A stretch of DNA of 64,000 nt, taken from positions 1,414 through 65,413 of the forward strand of contig JBDHXV010000004.1 of assembly GCA_039810885.1 (NCBI GenBank), given 5' to 3'. The notes under the pieces are model-generated. The model was not told the DNA's origin. It ran no database searches and saw only the letters and a list, made by a program, of their open reading frames with translations. Both the position numbers and the translations under genes were made by a program. This document shows positions 1 through 9,350 of the stretch, one piece after another. Within the stretch, counting starts at the first letter, position 1. Every line of letters begins with the position of its first letter. This DNA comes from Chitinophagales bacterium. GTDB taxonomy: Bacteria > Bacteroidota > Bacteroidia > Chitinophagales > UBA10324.

Positions 1-1419
1 TGCTTCACGCACCTCTTCGTCGTTAGCGTCTGGCTTTCCGTAGCGAATATTTTCAAAAATACTTCCGCCAAATAAAATAACATCTTGCGGTACAAATGCC
101 ATTTGCTTGCGAAGCTGTGTTAAGGGAATATCTTTGGAGACGTGCTGATCAAAAGTAATAACTCCGCCATCTGGTTCATATAAACGAAGTAATAGGCTTA
201 CCAATGTGCTTTTTCCCGCACCGCTTGGTCCTACCAGTGCAATTTTTTGCCCGACTTCCGCAAGAAATGTGATATTTTTTAATACGGGAACTTCTTTACG
301 TGTAGGATAACGAAAGGACACCTCACGAAACTCTACACGGCCACTCAAGTGATATCGCTCTTCGACAGGATATGATGAGTCTGTAATAACTTCCGGTGTT
401 TCGTTTAAAAGCTCCCGTACTCGTTGTGTTGCGCCTATCGTTCTTTGCAATTGATTATAGACTTCTGCAAATCCACCCATACTCCCTCCGATAAAAATAG
501 TAAACATCATAAAAGAGATAAATGAACCTGCTGAAAGTTCTCCGCTGGCCATAAGACGAGATCCTTGCCACATTACAAGCACAATAGCGCCAAACAAACC
601 GAAGATAATGAATGATGCAAAACTTCCTTGGAATACGGAGCTCCAAACTCCAAGGTGAACTGCTTTACGCAACTTGGTGTCATAGCGTTCTACCTCGTAA
701 TGTTCTGCCGTAAAGGCTTTGACATTGGTAATACCTTGTAATGTTTCTTCCACCACGGTGCCCGCTTCGCCAAGATGATCTTGCGCTTCACGACTAAGTT
801 TGCGCACTTTTTTTCCAAACAATACAGCAACAATAATCAATACAGGGAAGACGGAAATCATGACCAGAGTCAACTTCCATGATATATACACAATGAAACT
901 AATGCCAATGATTAAGGTGAGAATCAGACGAATAAACTCCGCTAAGGAACTGCTTAACATACCTTGAATCTGAGTTAAGTCTGCGCTCAGGCGGCTGCTT
1001 AACTCTCCCACTCTTCTATTTGAAAAAAAAATCATAGGTAAAGAGATAAGTCTTGTGTAAGTAGTGCGTCGAATATCTGATAACGAAAATTCGGCGACTC
1101 GTGCAAAAAGATATATTCTACAAAAAGAAAACGCTGCCTGAAATGCTAAAATGCCAATGAGTAAAAAAGCCCAATGATTTATGGTTTGCGTAATTACACC
1201 GGGAGTTCCTGCTTTAGCTGCATCTACTAACTTTCCCGTAACGAACGGGAATAACATAGTAGTTATGTTAGACAGTAACAGAAAAAATAACCCCGGGAAA
1301 AACCACCACTTATATGGCAGAATATATTTAAAAAGGGATAGGGCTTGTTTAACGTTTTCTTTGTTGAGTGATACCTTTTCTACCTCACCGACAGGATCGG
1401 GTCTTCGTGGTCGTGCCAT
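1..1419 (-). CDS. ABC exporter, fused permease/ATP-binding protein (MsbA-like); C-terminus lies beyond the window start
   Basis: Absent from the ORF track because it runs off the edge. Hand translation of the minus strand from ATG 1419-1417 gives MARPRRPDPVGEVEKVSLNKENVKQALSLFKYILPYKWWFFPG. In the same frame, Walker A ALVGPSGAGKST (240-205) is followed by QLRKQMAFVPQDVILFGGSIFENIRYG. Confidence 0.85.
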   Translation of the reverse strand, partial: MARPRRPDPVGEVEKVSLNKENVKQALSLFKYILPYKWWFFPGLFFLLLSNITTMLFPFVTGKLVDAAKAGTPGVITQTINHWAFLLIGILAFQAAFSFCRIYLFARVAEFSLSDIRRTTYTRLISLPMIFFSNRRVGELSSRLSADLTQIQGMLSSSLAEFIRLILTLIIGISFIVYISWKLTLVMISVFPVLIIVAVLFGKKVRKLSREAQDHLGEAGTVVEETLQGITNVKAFTAEHYEVERYDTKLRKAVHLGVWSSVFQGSFASFIIFGLFGAIVLVMWQGSRLMASGELSAGSFISFMMFTIFIGGSMGGFAEVYNQLQRTIGATQRVRELLNETPEVITDSSYPVEERYHLSGRVEFREVSFRYPTRKEVPVLKNITFLAEVGQKIALVGPSGAGKSTLVSLLLRLYEPDGGVITFDQHVSKDIPLTQLRKQMAFVPQDVILFGGSIFENIRYGKPDANDEEVREA

Positions 1420-1441
1420 AGTCTATGCTAAAGATTAAAAG

Positions 1442-1449
1442 CAAAAATA
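1442..1449 (-). promoter_or_regulatory. candidate Bacteroidota -7 box TAnnTTTG (TATTTTTG on minus strand), 22 nt upstream of ATG 1419
   Basis: Plus strand reads CAAAAATA at 1442-1449, oriented toward the ABC exporter gene in a divergent intergenic region. Confidence 0.5.
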
Positions 1450-1552
1450 ATTTTTTTAATGTAGTACACTCCGATGAACGCATTTATCCTTTATGGGTGA
1501 ATAAAAATTTCGCATTGTTCGTTCTACAGATAATTATCTTCGCTGTACAAAT

Positions 1553-2353
1553 ATGAAATTAAAAAACCTGCATCTCTATATTCCTAATACTCTCACATTA
1601 ACGAACTTACTTTTGGGTTGTGTCGGAATTATATATGCCTTTGACGAGCGGTATTTTCTTATTAGTGAAATAGGCTCATACAGCGGGCTTTATGATACGC
1701 AAGAAATCAATAGTCGCATTTTCTTTTCTTCAATGATAATTATTGTTGCTGCTGTTATTGATTTTGCAGATGGCTTTGTCGCTCGCTTACTTAATGCTCA
1801 GAGCGAAATCGGAAAACAGCTAGACTCATTGGCAGATGTCGTCACTTTTGGTGTATTACCCGGAATGCTCCTTTATCAACTATTGGAACGTGCCTATTTT
1901 AGTGAAACCGGAGCATTGCTTACCTCTAAGATATACCTTCTTCCGGCACTGTTGCTCCCGTTAGCCGCAGCTTATCGCTTAGCGCGCTTCAATATAGAAC
2001 CCATATCAAAAGAATATTTTAGAGGACTCGCTACGCCGGCTATGGCATTCTTTGTAGCCTCATTACCCCTTATTTACTTTACGAATTCAAATGGCTTGGG
2101 GGCCTATGTGATCAATAAATATTTCCTCTATGCTGTTGCTCTTCTCTTTTCTTACTTGATGGTTTCGGATATTAGGATGTTTTCTCTTAAATTAAAAAGT
2201 TGGAGGATCAGAGAGAATGTTGCCATATATTCCTTCTTAGGGTTATGCCTTATCTCTCTCGCTTGGTTAAAATATACCGGAGTGGCCATTTCATTAATTC
2301 TCTATATATTATTTTCGATTTTTATTATTAGGGTTCCTGATGTCGAAGAATGA
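1553..2353 (+). CDS. pssA: CDP-diacylglycerol--serine O-phosphatidyltransferase (CDP-alcohol phosphatidyltransferase family)
   Basis: Motif DFADGFVARLLNAQSEIGKQLDSLADVVTFG matches D(x2)DG(x2)AR(x8)G(x3)D(x3)D. Multi-pass hydrophobic protein. Confidence 0.85.
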   Translation: MKLKNLHLYIPNTLTLTNLLLGCVGIIYAFDERYFLISEIGSYSGLYDTQEINSRIFFSSMIIIVAAVIDFADGFVARLLNAQSEIGKQLDSLADVVTFGVLPGMLLYQLLERAYFSETGALLTSKIYLLPALLLPLAAAYRLARFNIEPISKEYFRGLATPAMAFFVASLPLIYFTNSNGLGAYVINKYFLYAVALLFSYLMVSDIRMFSLKLKSWRIRENVAIYSFLGLCLISLAWLKYTGVAISLILYILFSIFIIRVPDVEE

Positions 2354-2398
2354 AGCAGGAAACTTTAACTTAGCCTCGCAATAATTTAAGACCACGAC

Positions 2399-2656
2399 AT
2401 GAAATTTCAAGCCGACATAATAATTATGCCTTTGAAGGAGTTACTAGACCCACAAGGCAAGGCAGTATTAAACGGACTCAAACACATGGAAATAATTCAA
2501 ATTAAGAATGTGCGAATAGGAAAGCATATTCATCTGGAACTGGAAGCAACAAATAAAGAAGCAGCTACGGCGGCTGTAGATGAAGCATGTCAGAAGTTAT
2601 TGGCAAATCCTGTAATGGAATATTATGAATATAGCCTGCACGAAGCAGGAAAGTAA
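2399..2656 (+). CDS. purS: phosphoribosylformylglycinamidine synthase subunit PurS
   Basis: 85 aa. The pattern LKELLDPQGKAVLNGLKHMEI...VRIGKHIHLELEA is typical of PurS. Confidence 0.85.
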   Translation: MKFQADIIIMPLKELLDPQGKAVLNGLKHMEIIQIKNVRIGKHIHLELEATNKEAATAAVDEACQKLLANPVMEYYEYSLHEAGK

Positions 2657-3921
2657 TGCGCTGCCATACGTTAATCTTATTCCTTCTTGTATGTGCTTTA
2701 CAAGTTCAAGCACAGCAAGTTTTATCCGAAGCACAACATATTATTGATACACTTAGCTCAAGTGCAATGTTTGGCCGCGGTTATGTTAACAACGGAGATC
2801 GGAAGGCCGCTACCTATATATACAATTACCTGACCCTTGAGAGTACCCTATCGAGTCAGAACGTTATTCTCCAGAAAGTGCCCATAAGCATAAACACGTT
2901 TCCTTCGGCTATGGAACTTCGTGTAGATGATAAAAACATGGTGCCCGGGAAAGACTTTATTGTAGAAGCTTTTTCAAAAGGGATCAAAGGGACTTATGAT
3001 GTTAAGTATGTTAACTTTAAAAAGCTTTGGAAGAAAGATTCATTGCACATTCAGATAAAATGTAAAAAATATGAATTACTATGTTTCAGACATAATAAAT
3101 GGCCCAAGAGTTTAGAAAAGAAAAAAGTAGAATGGTTAATGCAACAAAATCTTTTTGGTGCCGCCGGTGTACTGGAGTTAAACGAAAAGAAATTAACTAT
3201 GGATGCTTCGCAAGAAGTGTTATCATTTGCGTGGATTCAACTATTAGTGGATTCAACCTATAAAGCTCCAAAGAAGGTAAAACTCAACATAGAGCAAGAG
3301 TATATTTCGAACTATGAATCACAGAATGTATTTGCTGTGATTAAAGGGATGGAGGTTCCCGATTCTTTTTTGGTTTTCACTGCACACTATGATCATTTAG
3401 GAATGCTGGGAAAGAACACCTATTTTCCCGGAGCAAATGATAATGCCAGTGGTGTTTCTCTGCTGTTAAATTTATCTAAAGAAATCAGCAAAAACCCGCT
3501 CAAGTATAGTGTGGCTTTTATTTTTTTTACCGGCGAAGAGGCGGGTCTGGTCGGCTCACACTATTTTGTCGAGCATCCGCTAATACCCTTAAATCATATC
3601 AAATTTTTAGTGAATGTTGACTTAGCGGGTACCGGGGATGATGGTATTAAGGTTGTGAATGGAGCTATCGACACCTTACATTTTCAGAAACTAAAAGCAT
3701 TAAACGAAAAATATGGCCTAATGAAAACAGTACAACCTCGAGGAAAGGCTGCAAACAGCGACCATTATTTTTTCACTCAAGCAGGAGTTCCTTCATTTTT
3801 CATTTATACCCTGGGAGGAATAAACGCTTACCATGACATTTACGACAGAGCCGCTACACTACCTCTTACAGATTATGAAGATTATTACAAATTGCTTTTG
3901 CTTTTTATGAAATCATTTTAA
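2656..3921 (+). CDS. M28 family zinc aminopeptidase, secreted
   Basis: Signal peptide present. Motifs FTAHYDHLG, GANDNASGVSLLL and FFTGEEAGLVGSHYF. Start overlaps the purS stop (TAATG). Confidence 0.8.
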   Translation: MRCHTLILFLLVCALQVQAQQVLSEAQHIIDTLSSSAMFGRGYVNNGDRKAATYIYNYLTLESTLSSQNVILQKVPISINTFPSAMELRVDDKNMVPGKDFIVEAFSKGIKGTYDVKYVNFKKLWKKDSLHIQIKCKKYELLCFRHNKWPKSLEKKKVEWLMQQNLFGAAGVLELNEKKLTMDASQEVLSFAWIQLLVDSTYKAPKKVKLNIEQEYISNYESQNVFAVIKGMEVPDSFLVFTAHYDHLGMLGKNTYFPGANDNASGVSLLLNLSKEISKNPLKYSVAFIFFTGEEAGLVGSHYFVEHPLIPLNHIKFLVNVDLAGTGDDGIKVVNGAIDTLHFQKLKALNEKYGLMKTVQPRGKAANSDHYFFTQAGVPSFFIYTLGGINAYHDIYDRAATLPLTDYEDYYKLLLLFMKSF

Positions 3922-3927
3922 TGACGC

Positions 3928-4632
3928 ATGTCTTGTTTATTCATTGTTCCTACACCGATTGGTAATTTAGAGGATATCACACTGCGCGCAATACGTGTTT
4001 TAAAAGAGTGTGATTTTATTTGTGCTGAGGATACCCGTGTTACTTCATATTTGCTGCAGCATTATCAAATTAAAAAGCCCGTACTATCGTATCATAACTT
4101 CAATGAACACCACATTACCGAGCGGGTTATTCAAAGGATACAAAGCGGAGAACGATGCGCCTTAGTGAGCGATGGCGGCACTCCCGGTGTTTCAGACCCG
4201 GGATTTTTATTAATTCGTACTGCTCTTCAACAACAGATTCCGATTGATGCCTTGCCTGGCCCCACAGCCTTCATTCCAGCATTGTTGCAAAGCGGATTTG
4301 CTATTCATCCTTGTTTATTATACGGATTTCTTCCTCACAAAAAGGGGCGCAGCACACAATTAAAGCAGTTATCCGAATTGCCCTATACTTTGGTCTTTTA
4401 TGAATCTCCATTTCGAGTTGTTAAATTGCTCGAAGAGATTAAACAATATTTTGGACTGAGGCACGTAAGCGTGTCTAGAGAGTTGACTAAGAAATTTGAA
4501 GAGACTATAAGAGGCTTAGTTGATGAAGTAATAACCCATTTTAAGAAACACGAGCCTCGCGGAGAATTTGTCGTTGTAGTTGAAGGGGCACATAAGAATA
4601 AACAATTGCTATCTAATGAATCGGCTGATTAA
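3928..4632 (+). CDS. rsmI: 16S rRNA (cytidine1402-2'-O)-methyltransferase
   Basis: Tetrapyrrole-methylase-fold N-terminus LFIVPTPIGNLEDITLRAIRVLKECDFICAEDTR; DGGTPGVSDPG. Confidence 0.9.
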   Translation: MSCLFIVPTPIGNLEDITLRAIRVLKECDFICAEDTRVTSYLLQHYQIKKPVLSYHNFNEHHITERVIQRIQSGERCALVSDGGTPGVSDPGFLLIRTALQQQIPIDALPGPTAFIPALLQSGFAIHPCLLYGFLPHKKGRSTQLKQLSELPYTLVFYESPFRVVKLLEEIKQYFGLRHVSVSRELTKKFEETIRGLVDEVITHFKKHEPRGEFVVVVEGAHKNKQLLSNESAD

Positions 4633-6223
4633 TTTATTATTGACTTTCGTTGCAGGATTTCTATTTTGGATTGCGTGGGTGCCCCGTCCTGTGGAGATTG
4701 CCTTGTTTGCAGCTTTTGTTCCTTTGTTATGGATAGAGCATCAACTCAGTTACTTACCAAAGAAAAGTAATGTTAGTATGTGGGCGCATGCTTATCTGAC
4801 TTTTTTGTTTTGGAATGTCTTTGTAACGTGGTGGGTAGGAAACACTACTGAGCCGATATCAGGCATGCTGGCCAATGTGTTAAATGCACTTCTGATGACG
4901 GTTCCCTTTTTGTTGTTTCATATCACCAAGAAAAGAACAAACGACATCATCGGTTATATTTCGTTGCCGGCATATTGGATTGCATTCGAATATCTTCACT
5001 TGAATTGGGATTTAAGTTGGCCTTGGCTTACTCTAGGAAATGGCTTGGCTTTATATCCAAAGTATATTCAATGGTATGAATATACCGGAGTATTGGGTGG
5101 ATCGCTTTGGGTGCTAACAGTAAATATTCTTGTGTTCCTACTTATTCGTGAACTTGTTTATTCTTATCATAAGTCGAAACAAAAAGCAATACAACTTGTT
5201 TCTCTCCTGTTGCTATTCCTCGTTATCCCTATTGTAACTTCTCTTTTTATCTATCATCATGTTAAACAGAGAACAAAAAAAGGAATCTATAAGAATGTAG
5301 TTATAGTGCAACCGAATATTGACCCTTACAATGAGAAGTTTGATTTCAGCCGCTTAGATGAACAAATGCAAACATTGTTTCGTCTATCTGAAGAGAAATG
5401 CGATTCAAGTACAGATTATCTTGTATGGCCTGAAACAGCTTTTCCGCAAGGAATTATAGAGAACAATATATCTAGAGATAAAACGGTAAGCAAGTTGGAG
5501 CTTTTCTTAGATAAATTTCCCAAAGCCTATCTGGTAACAGGATTCAGCGGGTATATACGCTACGACAGTGCCGTAACGGAAACAGCACGCAAATACGAAA
5601 GTGGTGAGTGTTGTTATGATGCATTTAATAGCAGCATGCAGTTAACGCATGACGGGAATATTCAAGTTTATCATAAGAGTAAGTTGGTTCCCGGTGTAGA
5701 GAAAATGCCCTACCCCGCAATTTTCGGATTTCTCGAATCCATGAGTATTGATATGGGAGGCATGAGCGGAAGCCTCGGCAGGCAAAAACATCCCAGCGTT
5801 TTCTTCTCAAAAGACTCTATAGGTGTAGCTCCTGTAATTTGTTATGAAAGTATCTATGGTGAATACCTGACGGAGTATATCCGGCGTGGCGCTAATTTGA
5901 TTTTTGTAATAACAAATGATGGATGGTGGGGAGAAACTGCAGGACACATTCAACATCTATATTATGGTGCAATGCGTGCTATTGAAACTCGTCGCCCGAT
6001 AGCTCGCTCTGCTAATACCGGGATCTCTTGTTTCATAAATACGCTAGGTGAAATACAACAGGCCCAACCCTACTGGCATGAAGGCGTTATCAAGCAAACC
6101 TTAGAAGCTGGTTTTGGGGAAACATTCTATGTCAGGAACGGAGACTATATTGGTCGTTTTATGCAGATTCTTTCCATATTAATATTTCTTTATCTCCTAT
6201 ATTGCAGAATTAGAAATAAATGA
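4616..6223 (+). CDS. lnt: apolipoprotein N-acyltransferase
   Basis: N-terminal multi-TM region plus a C-N hydrolase domain with WPETAF, HKSKLVPGVE and ICYESIYGEY (E-K-C triad). The track start 4580 is TTG; ATG at 4616 (MNRLINLLL) is preferred. Confidence 0.85.
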   Translation: MNRLINLLLTFVAGFLFWIAWVPRPVEIALFAAFVPLLWIEHQLSYLPKKSNVSMWAHAYLTFLFWNVFVTWWVGNTTEPISGMLANVLNALLMTVPFLLFHITKKRTNDIIGYISLPAYWIAFEYLHLNWDLSWPWLTLGNGLALYPKYIQWYEYTGVLGGSLWVLTVNILVFLLIRELVYSYHKSKQKAIQLVSLLLLFLVIPIVTSLFIYHHVKQRTKKGIYKNVVIVQPNIDPYNEKFDFSRLDEQMQTLFRLSEEKCDSSTDYLVWPETAFPQGIIENNISRDKTVSKLELFLDKFPKAYLVTGFSGYIRYDSAVTETARKYESGECCYDAFNSSMQLTHDGNIQVYHKSKLVPGVEKMPYPAIFGFLESMSIDMGGMSGSLGRQKHPSVFFSKDSIGVAPVICYESIYGEYLTEYIRRGANLIFVITNDGWWGETAGHIQHLYYGAMRAIETRRPIARSANTGISCFINTLGEIQQAQPYWHEGVIKQTLEAGFGETFYVRNGDYIGRFMQILSILIFLYLLYCRIRNK

Positions 6224-7014
6224 ATTATAAAACACTTTGTCGAGACACCCTTGTTGTTGTTGAAGTTGCTGCCGAATTCATTCGCTCACAGTATGAGAAA
6301 TTCAACCCTGCTGCTGTTCAAGTAAAAAGTTTGAATAGCTTGGTTTCTTATGTAGATATTGAATCAGAAAAACTATTGGTTGCGAGCTTAGGTCGCTTAG
6401 TTCCGGAGGCAAGTTTTCATACAGAAGAACAAACCGTAAGCGATGCACATAAGCCTTATCAATGGATTATTGACCCGCTTGACGGCACAACAAATTTTGT
6501 CTATCGCATTCCTGTTTTTAGTATTAGTATAGCATTATATCACCAAGGTGTAGCGGTGCTTGGAATAGTCTATGATGTAATGCATAAGGAATGTTTTTAT
6601 GCTTATGAAGGAGGCGGTGCTTACCTGAATGGAACGCTGATTTCTGTAAGTGGGCGCAATCACTTGTCGGAATGTTTGGTTGCTACAGGGTTTCCGTATG
6701 AAATTTTTGATTATTCTGCCCACTATTTATCTATTTTAGAAACTTTAATGCCGCAATGCAGAGGCATAAGGCGCTTAGGTTCTGCCGCCATAGATTTAGC
6801 CTATACTGCTTGCGGGCGTTTTGATGCTTTTTTTGAATATAACCTCAATGCTTGGGATGTTGCTGCAGGAGCATATATAGTTCAAAAAGCAGGGGGACAA
6901 GTGACAGATTTTTCTTCAACAACATGTTTTATTGCACATCGAGAAATTATCGCTACAAACAATAACGTGCATCAACAAATGTTGAACCTTGTCCATGATG
7001 CTTTAAAGAAGTAA
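6220..7014 (+). CDS. inositol monophosphatase family protein (SuhB-like)
   Basis: WIIDPLDGTTNF and WDVAAG motifs. ATGA overlap with the lnt stop. Confidence 0.85.
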   Translation: MNYKTLCRDTLVVVEVAAEFIRSQYEKFNPAAVQVKSLNSLVSYVDIESEKLLVASLGRLVPEASFHTEEQTVSDAHKPYQWIIDPLDGTTNFVYRIPVFSISIALYHQGVAVLGIVYDVMHKECFYAYEGGGAYLNGTLISVSGRNHLSECLVATGFPYEIFDYSAHYLSILETLMPQCRGIRRLGSAAIDLAYTACGRFDAFFEYNLNAWDVAAGAYIVQKAGGQVTDFSSTTCFIAHREIIATNNNVHQQMLNLVHDALKK

Positions 7015-7048
7015 GAATCCGCGTTTCTTTAAATAAGTATTCTATATT

Positions 7049-8620
7049 CTATTTTGCAAAATTTACTGTGCGCTTTTCGCGAATAACCGTCACTTTAACC
7101 TGACCCGGGTAGGTTAATTCATTTTGAATTTTCTGTGCCATATTAAATGAAATCTCTTCCGATTTCTTATCATCTACTTTATCTGCTTCTACGATTACAC
7201 GTAACTCGCGTCCAGCCTGAATGGCATAAGCTTTCTCTACTCCATCATAACTTAACGCAATGGTTTCCAAATCTTTCAGGCGTTTAAGATACTGCTCCAT
7301 AATTTCTCTGCGTGCCCCCGGACGAGCGCCACTAATGGCATCGCACGCTTGAATGATTGGAGAAATTACATAAGACATTTCCATCTCATCATGATGCGCC
7401 CCAATAGCATTAACTACTGCAGGGTTCTCGCTATATTTCTCTGCCAGTTTTGCACCAAGTAATGCATGACTTAACTCGCTCTCTTCATCCGGCACTTTCC
7501 CTATATCGTGTAACAACCCTGCTCGTTTTGCCAGTTTAGGATTAATACCTAGCTCTGCAGCCATTATCGCACAAAGATTAGCGACCTCTTTTGAGTGTTG
7601 TAGCAAATTCTGTCCATAGGAAGAACGAAAACGCATCCGCCCCACCATACGAATTAACTCGTTGTGTAATCCGTTTATTCCTAATTCAATCACAGTACGT
7701 TCGCCAATTTCCCGAATTTGTTCTTCCAATTGCTTTTTAGTCTTTTCTACTACCTCTTCGATGCGTGCAGGGTGAATGCGTCCATCGGCAACCAAACGCT
7801 GAAGTGAGAGGCGAGCAATTTCACGGCGCACCGGGTCAAAGCCTGATATAACGATGGCTTCCGGAGTGTCGTCCACAATAATTTCAATACCTGTAGCTGC
7901 TTCGAGCGCACGAATGTTCCTTCCTTCACGACCGATAATTTGCCCTTTGACATCATCGCTATCTATATGAAAAACAGACACGGTATTTTCAATGGCATGC
8001 TCAGCAGCAGTACGTTGAATGGTTTGAATTACAATTTTCTTAGCTTCTTTATTCGCCTTGGCCTTAGCCTCGTCCATTATATCCTTTACATAAGCCATGG
8101 CTTCAGTGCGGGCGGATTCCTTCAAGGTTTCGATCAATTCTGCTTTGGCTTCTCCTTCGGTCAGTTTTGCAATTTGCTCCAGGCGTTTGATATGTTGCTC
8201 AGCAGCCTTTTCCATTTCTGCTTTTTTAACCAATACCAATTCCGTTTGACGTTTCAAGTTGTCGCGTTGTGCGTCTAACTCTTGCTCTTTACGTTGTATG
8301 TTTTCAATCTTTTGGTTTAGCGATTGTTGTTGTTGTTTAATCTTATTTTCCGATTGTTCTTGAGTGCGGGTACGCTGCGCAATCTCTTTGTCATGCTCTT
8401 GTTTTAGTTGCAGGAACTTTTCTTTTGCTTCCAGCAACTTATCTTTCTTTAGGGTTTCTGCTTGCAGTTTGGCTTCTTCTGTAATTCTTTTTGCTTCCAG
8501 TTCAGCTTCCTGTGCCTTTTTCTGTGCAGCAGGAACAAAGATGATACGGCCAAGTATCAATCCTATGGCTAAGGCTGCAATGCCTATAGCTATGGCTATA
8601 ATGAGTGTTTGTGAATCCAT
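7049..8620 (-). CDS. rny: ribonuclease Y
   Basis: N-terminal TM helix, E/K-rich coiled coil, KH domain ([13 protein letters not shown]) and HD domain (LLHDIGK...GAHHDE). Confidence 0.95.
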   Translation of the reverse strand: MDSQTLIIAIAIGIAALAIGLILGRIIFVPAAQKKAQEAELEAKRITEEAKLQAETLKKDKLLEAKEKFLQLKQEHDKEIAQRTRTQEQSENKIKQQQQSLNQKIENIQRKEQELDAQRDNLKRQTELVLVKKAEMEKAAEQHIKRLEQIAKLTEGEAKAELIETLKESARTEAMAYVKDIMDEAKAKANKEAKKIVIQTIQRTAAEHAIENTVSVFHIDSDDVKGQIIGREGRNIRALEAATGIEIIVDDTPEAIVISGFDPVRREIARLSLQRLVADGRIHPARIEEVVEKTKKQLEEQIREIGERTVIELGINGLHNELIRMVGRMRFRSSYGQNLLQHSKEVANLCAIMAAELGINPKLAKRAGLLHDIGKVPDEESELSHALLGAKLAEKYSENPAVVNAIGAHHDEMEMSYVISPIIQACDAISGARPGARREIMEQYLKRLKDLETIALSYDGVEKAYAIQAGRELRVIVEADKVDDKKSEEISFNMAQKIQNELTYPGQVKVTVIREKRTVNFAK

Positions 8621-8693
8621 TTAGTAGAAATGTTTTTATCATCTGCTTTATTAATAAAACTGCCGTTTTGTAATCAACGTATCTCGTTTGATG

Positions 8694-8701
8694 CAAAAAT
8701 A
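8694..8701 (-). promoter_or_regulatory. candidate -7 box (TATTTTTG on minus strand), 73 nt upstream of the rny ATG
   Basis: Plus strand reads CAAAAATA in the 108-nt zapA-rny spacer. Confidence 0.45.
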
Positions 8702-8728
8702 AGAGATTCTTTGTTGCCCGATGGTTGT

Positions 8729-9052
8729 TTAATCGTTTGGGTCGTTATTTGTTTCCGGATTAATTGACAAAGATTCAATGTGCTTATTCATACTGTTAAC
8801 TTTTGTATGAACGAATGCAAGTTTTGTTTCTTTGTCTTTGCGTGTTTTAATATCTTCTACAAGCATGTTAAGTAAAGCAAGTGCCAAATAATCTTGATTT
8901 TCTTTAATCGAAACCTGACTTTGCCAATAATTTAATTTTTGCTTCAATTCCTCTTCCGCCTGACGCAATATTTTTTCTTCAGTAGGAGCAATGCGTAAAG
9001 GATAACGGCGATCAGCTATTTGTATCTCAATAGAAATTTTATTATCATTCAT
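8729..9052 (-). CDS. zapA: cell division protein ZapA
   Basis: ISIEIQIADRRYPLRIAPTEEKILRQAEEELKQK is ZapA-like, and the pheT/rny neighbourhood is the usual one. The track start 9070 is TTG; ATG 9052 is preferred. Confidence 0.7.
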   Translation of the reverse strand: MNDNKISIEIQIADRRYPLRIAPTEEKILRQAEEELKQKLNYWQSQVSIKENQDYLALALLNMLVEDIKTRKDKETKLAFVHTKVNSMNKHIESLSINPETNNDPND

Positions 9053-9053
9053 A

Positions 9054-9350
9054 TCAGCCTTGTTGTTCAATATAATAAATCACCTTATTCAGTTCTTTAA
9101 TCATATCCGTTATCCGGCTACGCAACTCGGTAATATCTTCTTTTTTGGTAAGTGTAGCAGACAAGGTATTTAAATCCAAGATGCGTTGCAATTCTCCCTT
9201 ACGATGTTGAATTTGCTCTAACTCTTTTTCAAGTCGATCTATTTTGTTGAGCATCTGCTCTTTTTCTTTGCGCAAAGTACGTACCTCTGTTATTAGAGAT
9301 TGCACATTTTTTTGCAATCGTGTAGCATCATCCAATAGTGCGTTCATCAT
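9054..9350 (-). CDS. small coiled-coil protein, unknown function
   Basis: 98 aa with heptad-rich E/K/L/Q composition. The ATG overlaps the pheT stop (ATGA), and its stop lies 1 nt before the zapA ATG. Confidence 0.6.
   Translation of the reverse strand: MMNALLDDATRLQKNVQSLITEVRTLRKEKEQMLNKIDRLEKELEQIQHRKGELQRILDLNTLSATLTKKEDITELRSRITDMIKELNKVIYYIEQQG

Noticed and set aside
1023-1031. A9 homopolymer (T9 on the coding strand) inside the ABC exporter gene, as a phase-variation switch
   Set aside because: The reading frame is intact through it (encodes M-I-F-F-S), and it lies mid-gene with no alternative-frame ORF. No evidence for slippage regulation can be drawn from a single sequence.
1181-1438. 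85-aa plus-strand ORF
   Set aside because: It is antisense to the in-frame, motif-bearing ABC exporter gene that occupies 1-1419.
7002-7033. 9-bp A/T-only inverted repeat (TTTAAAGAA / TTCTTTAAA) between convergent suhB-like and rny genes, as a bidirectional terminator
   Set aside because: The stem is entirely A/T with a 14-nt loop, too weak to call with confidence.
7940-8624. Long antisense ORFs (112 aa and 86 aa) inside rny
   Set aside because: They mirror the E/K/Q-rich coiled-coil region of RNase Y. Their products are low-complexity (S/F/C/L-rich), with no start context or independent signals. This is a typical shadow-ORF artefact.
8621-8728. 6S RNA (ssrS) downstream of zapA, as in E. 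coli
   Set aside because: The zapA-rny spacer is only 108 nt, too short for a 6S RNA of about 180 nt. I could not see the long imperfect duplex with a central bubble.
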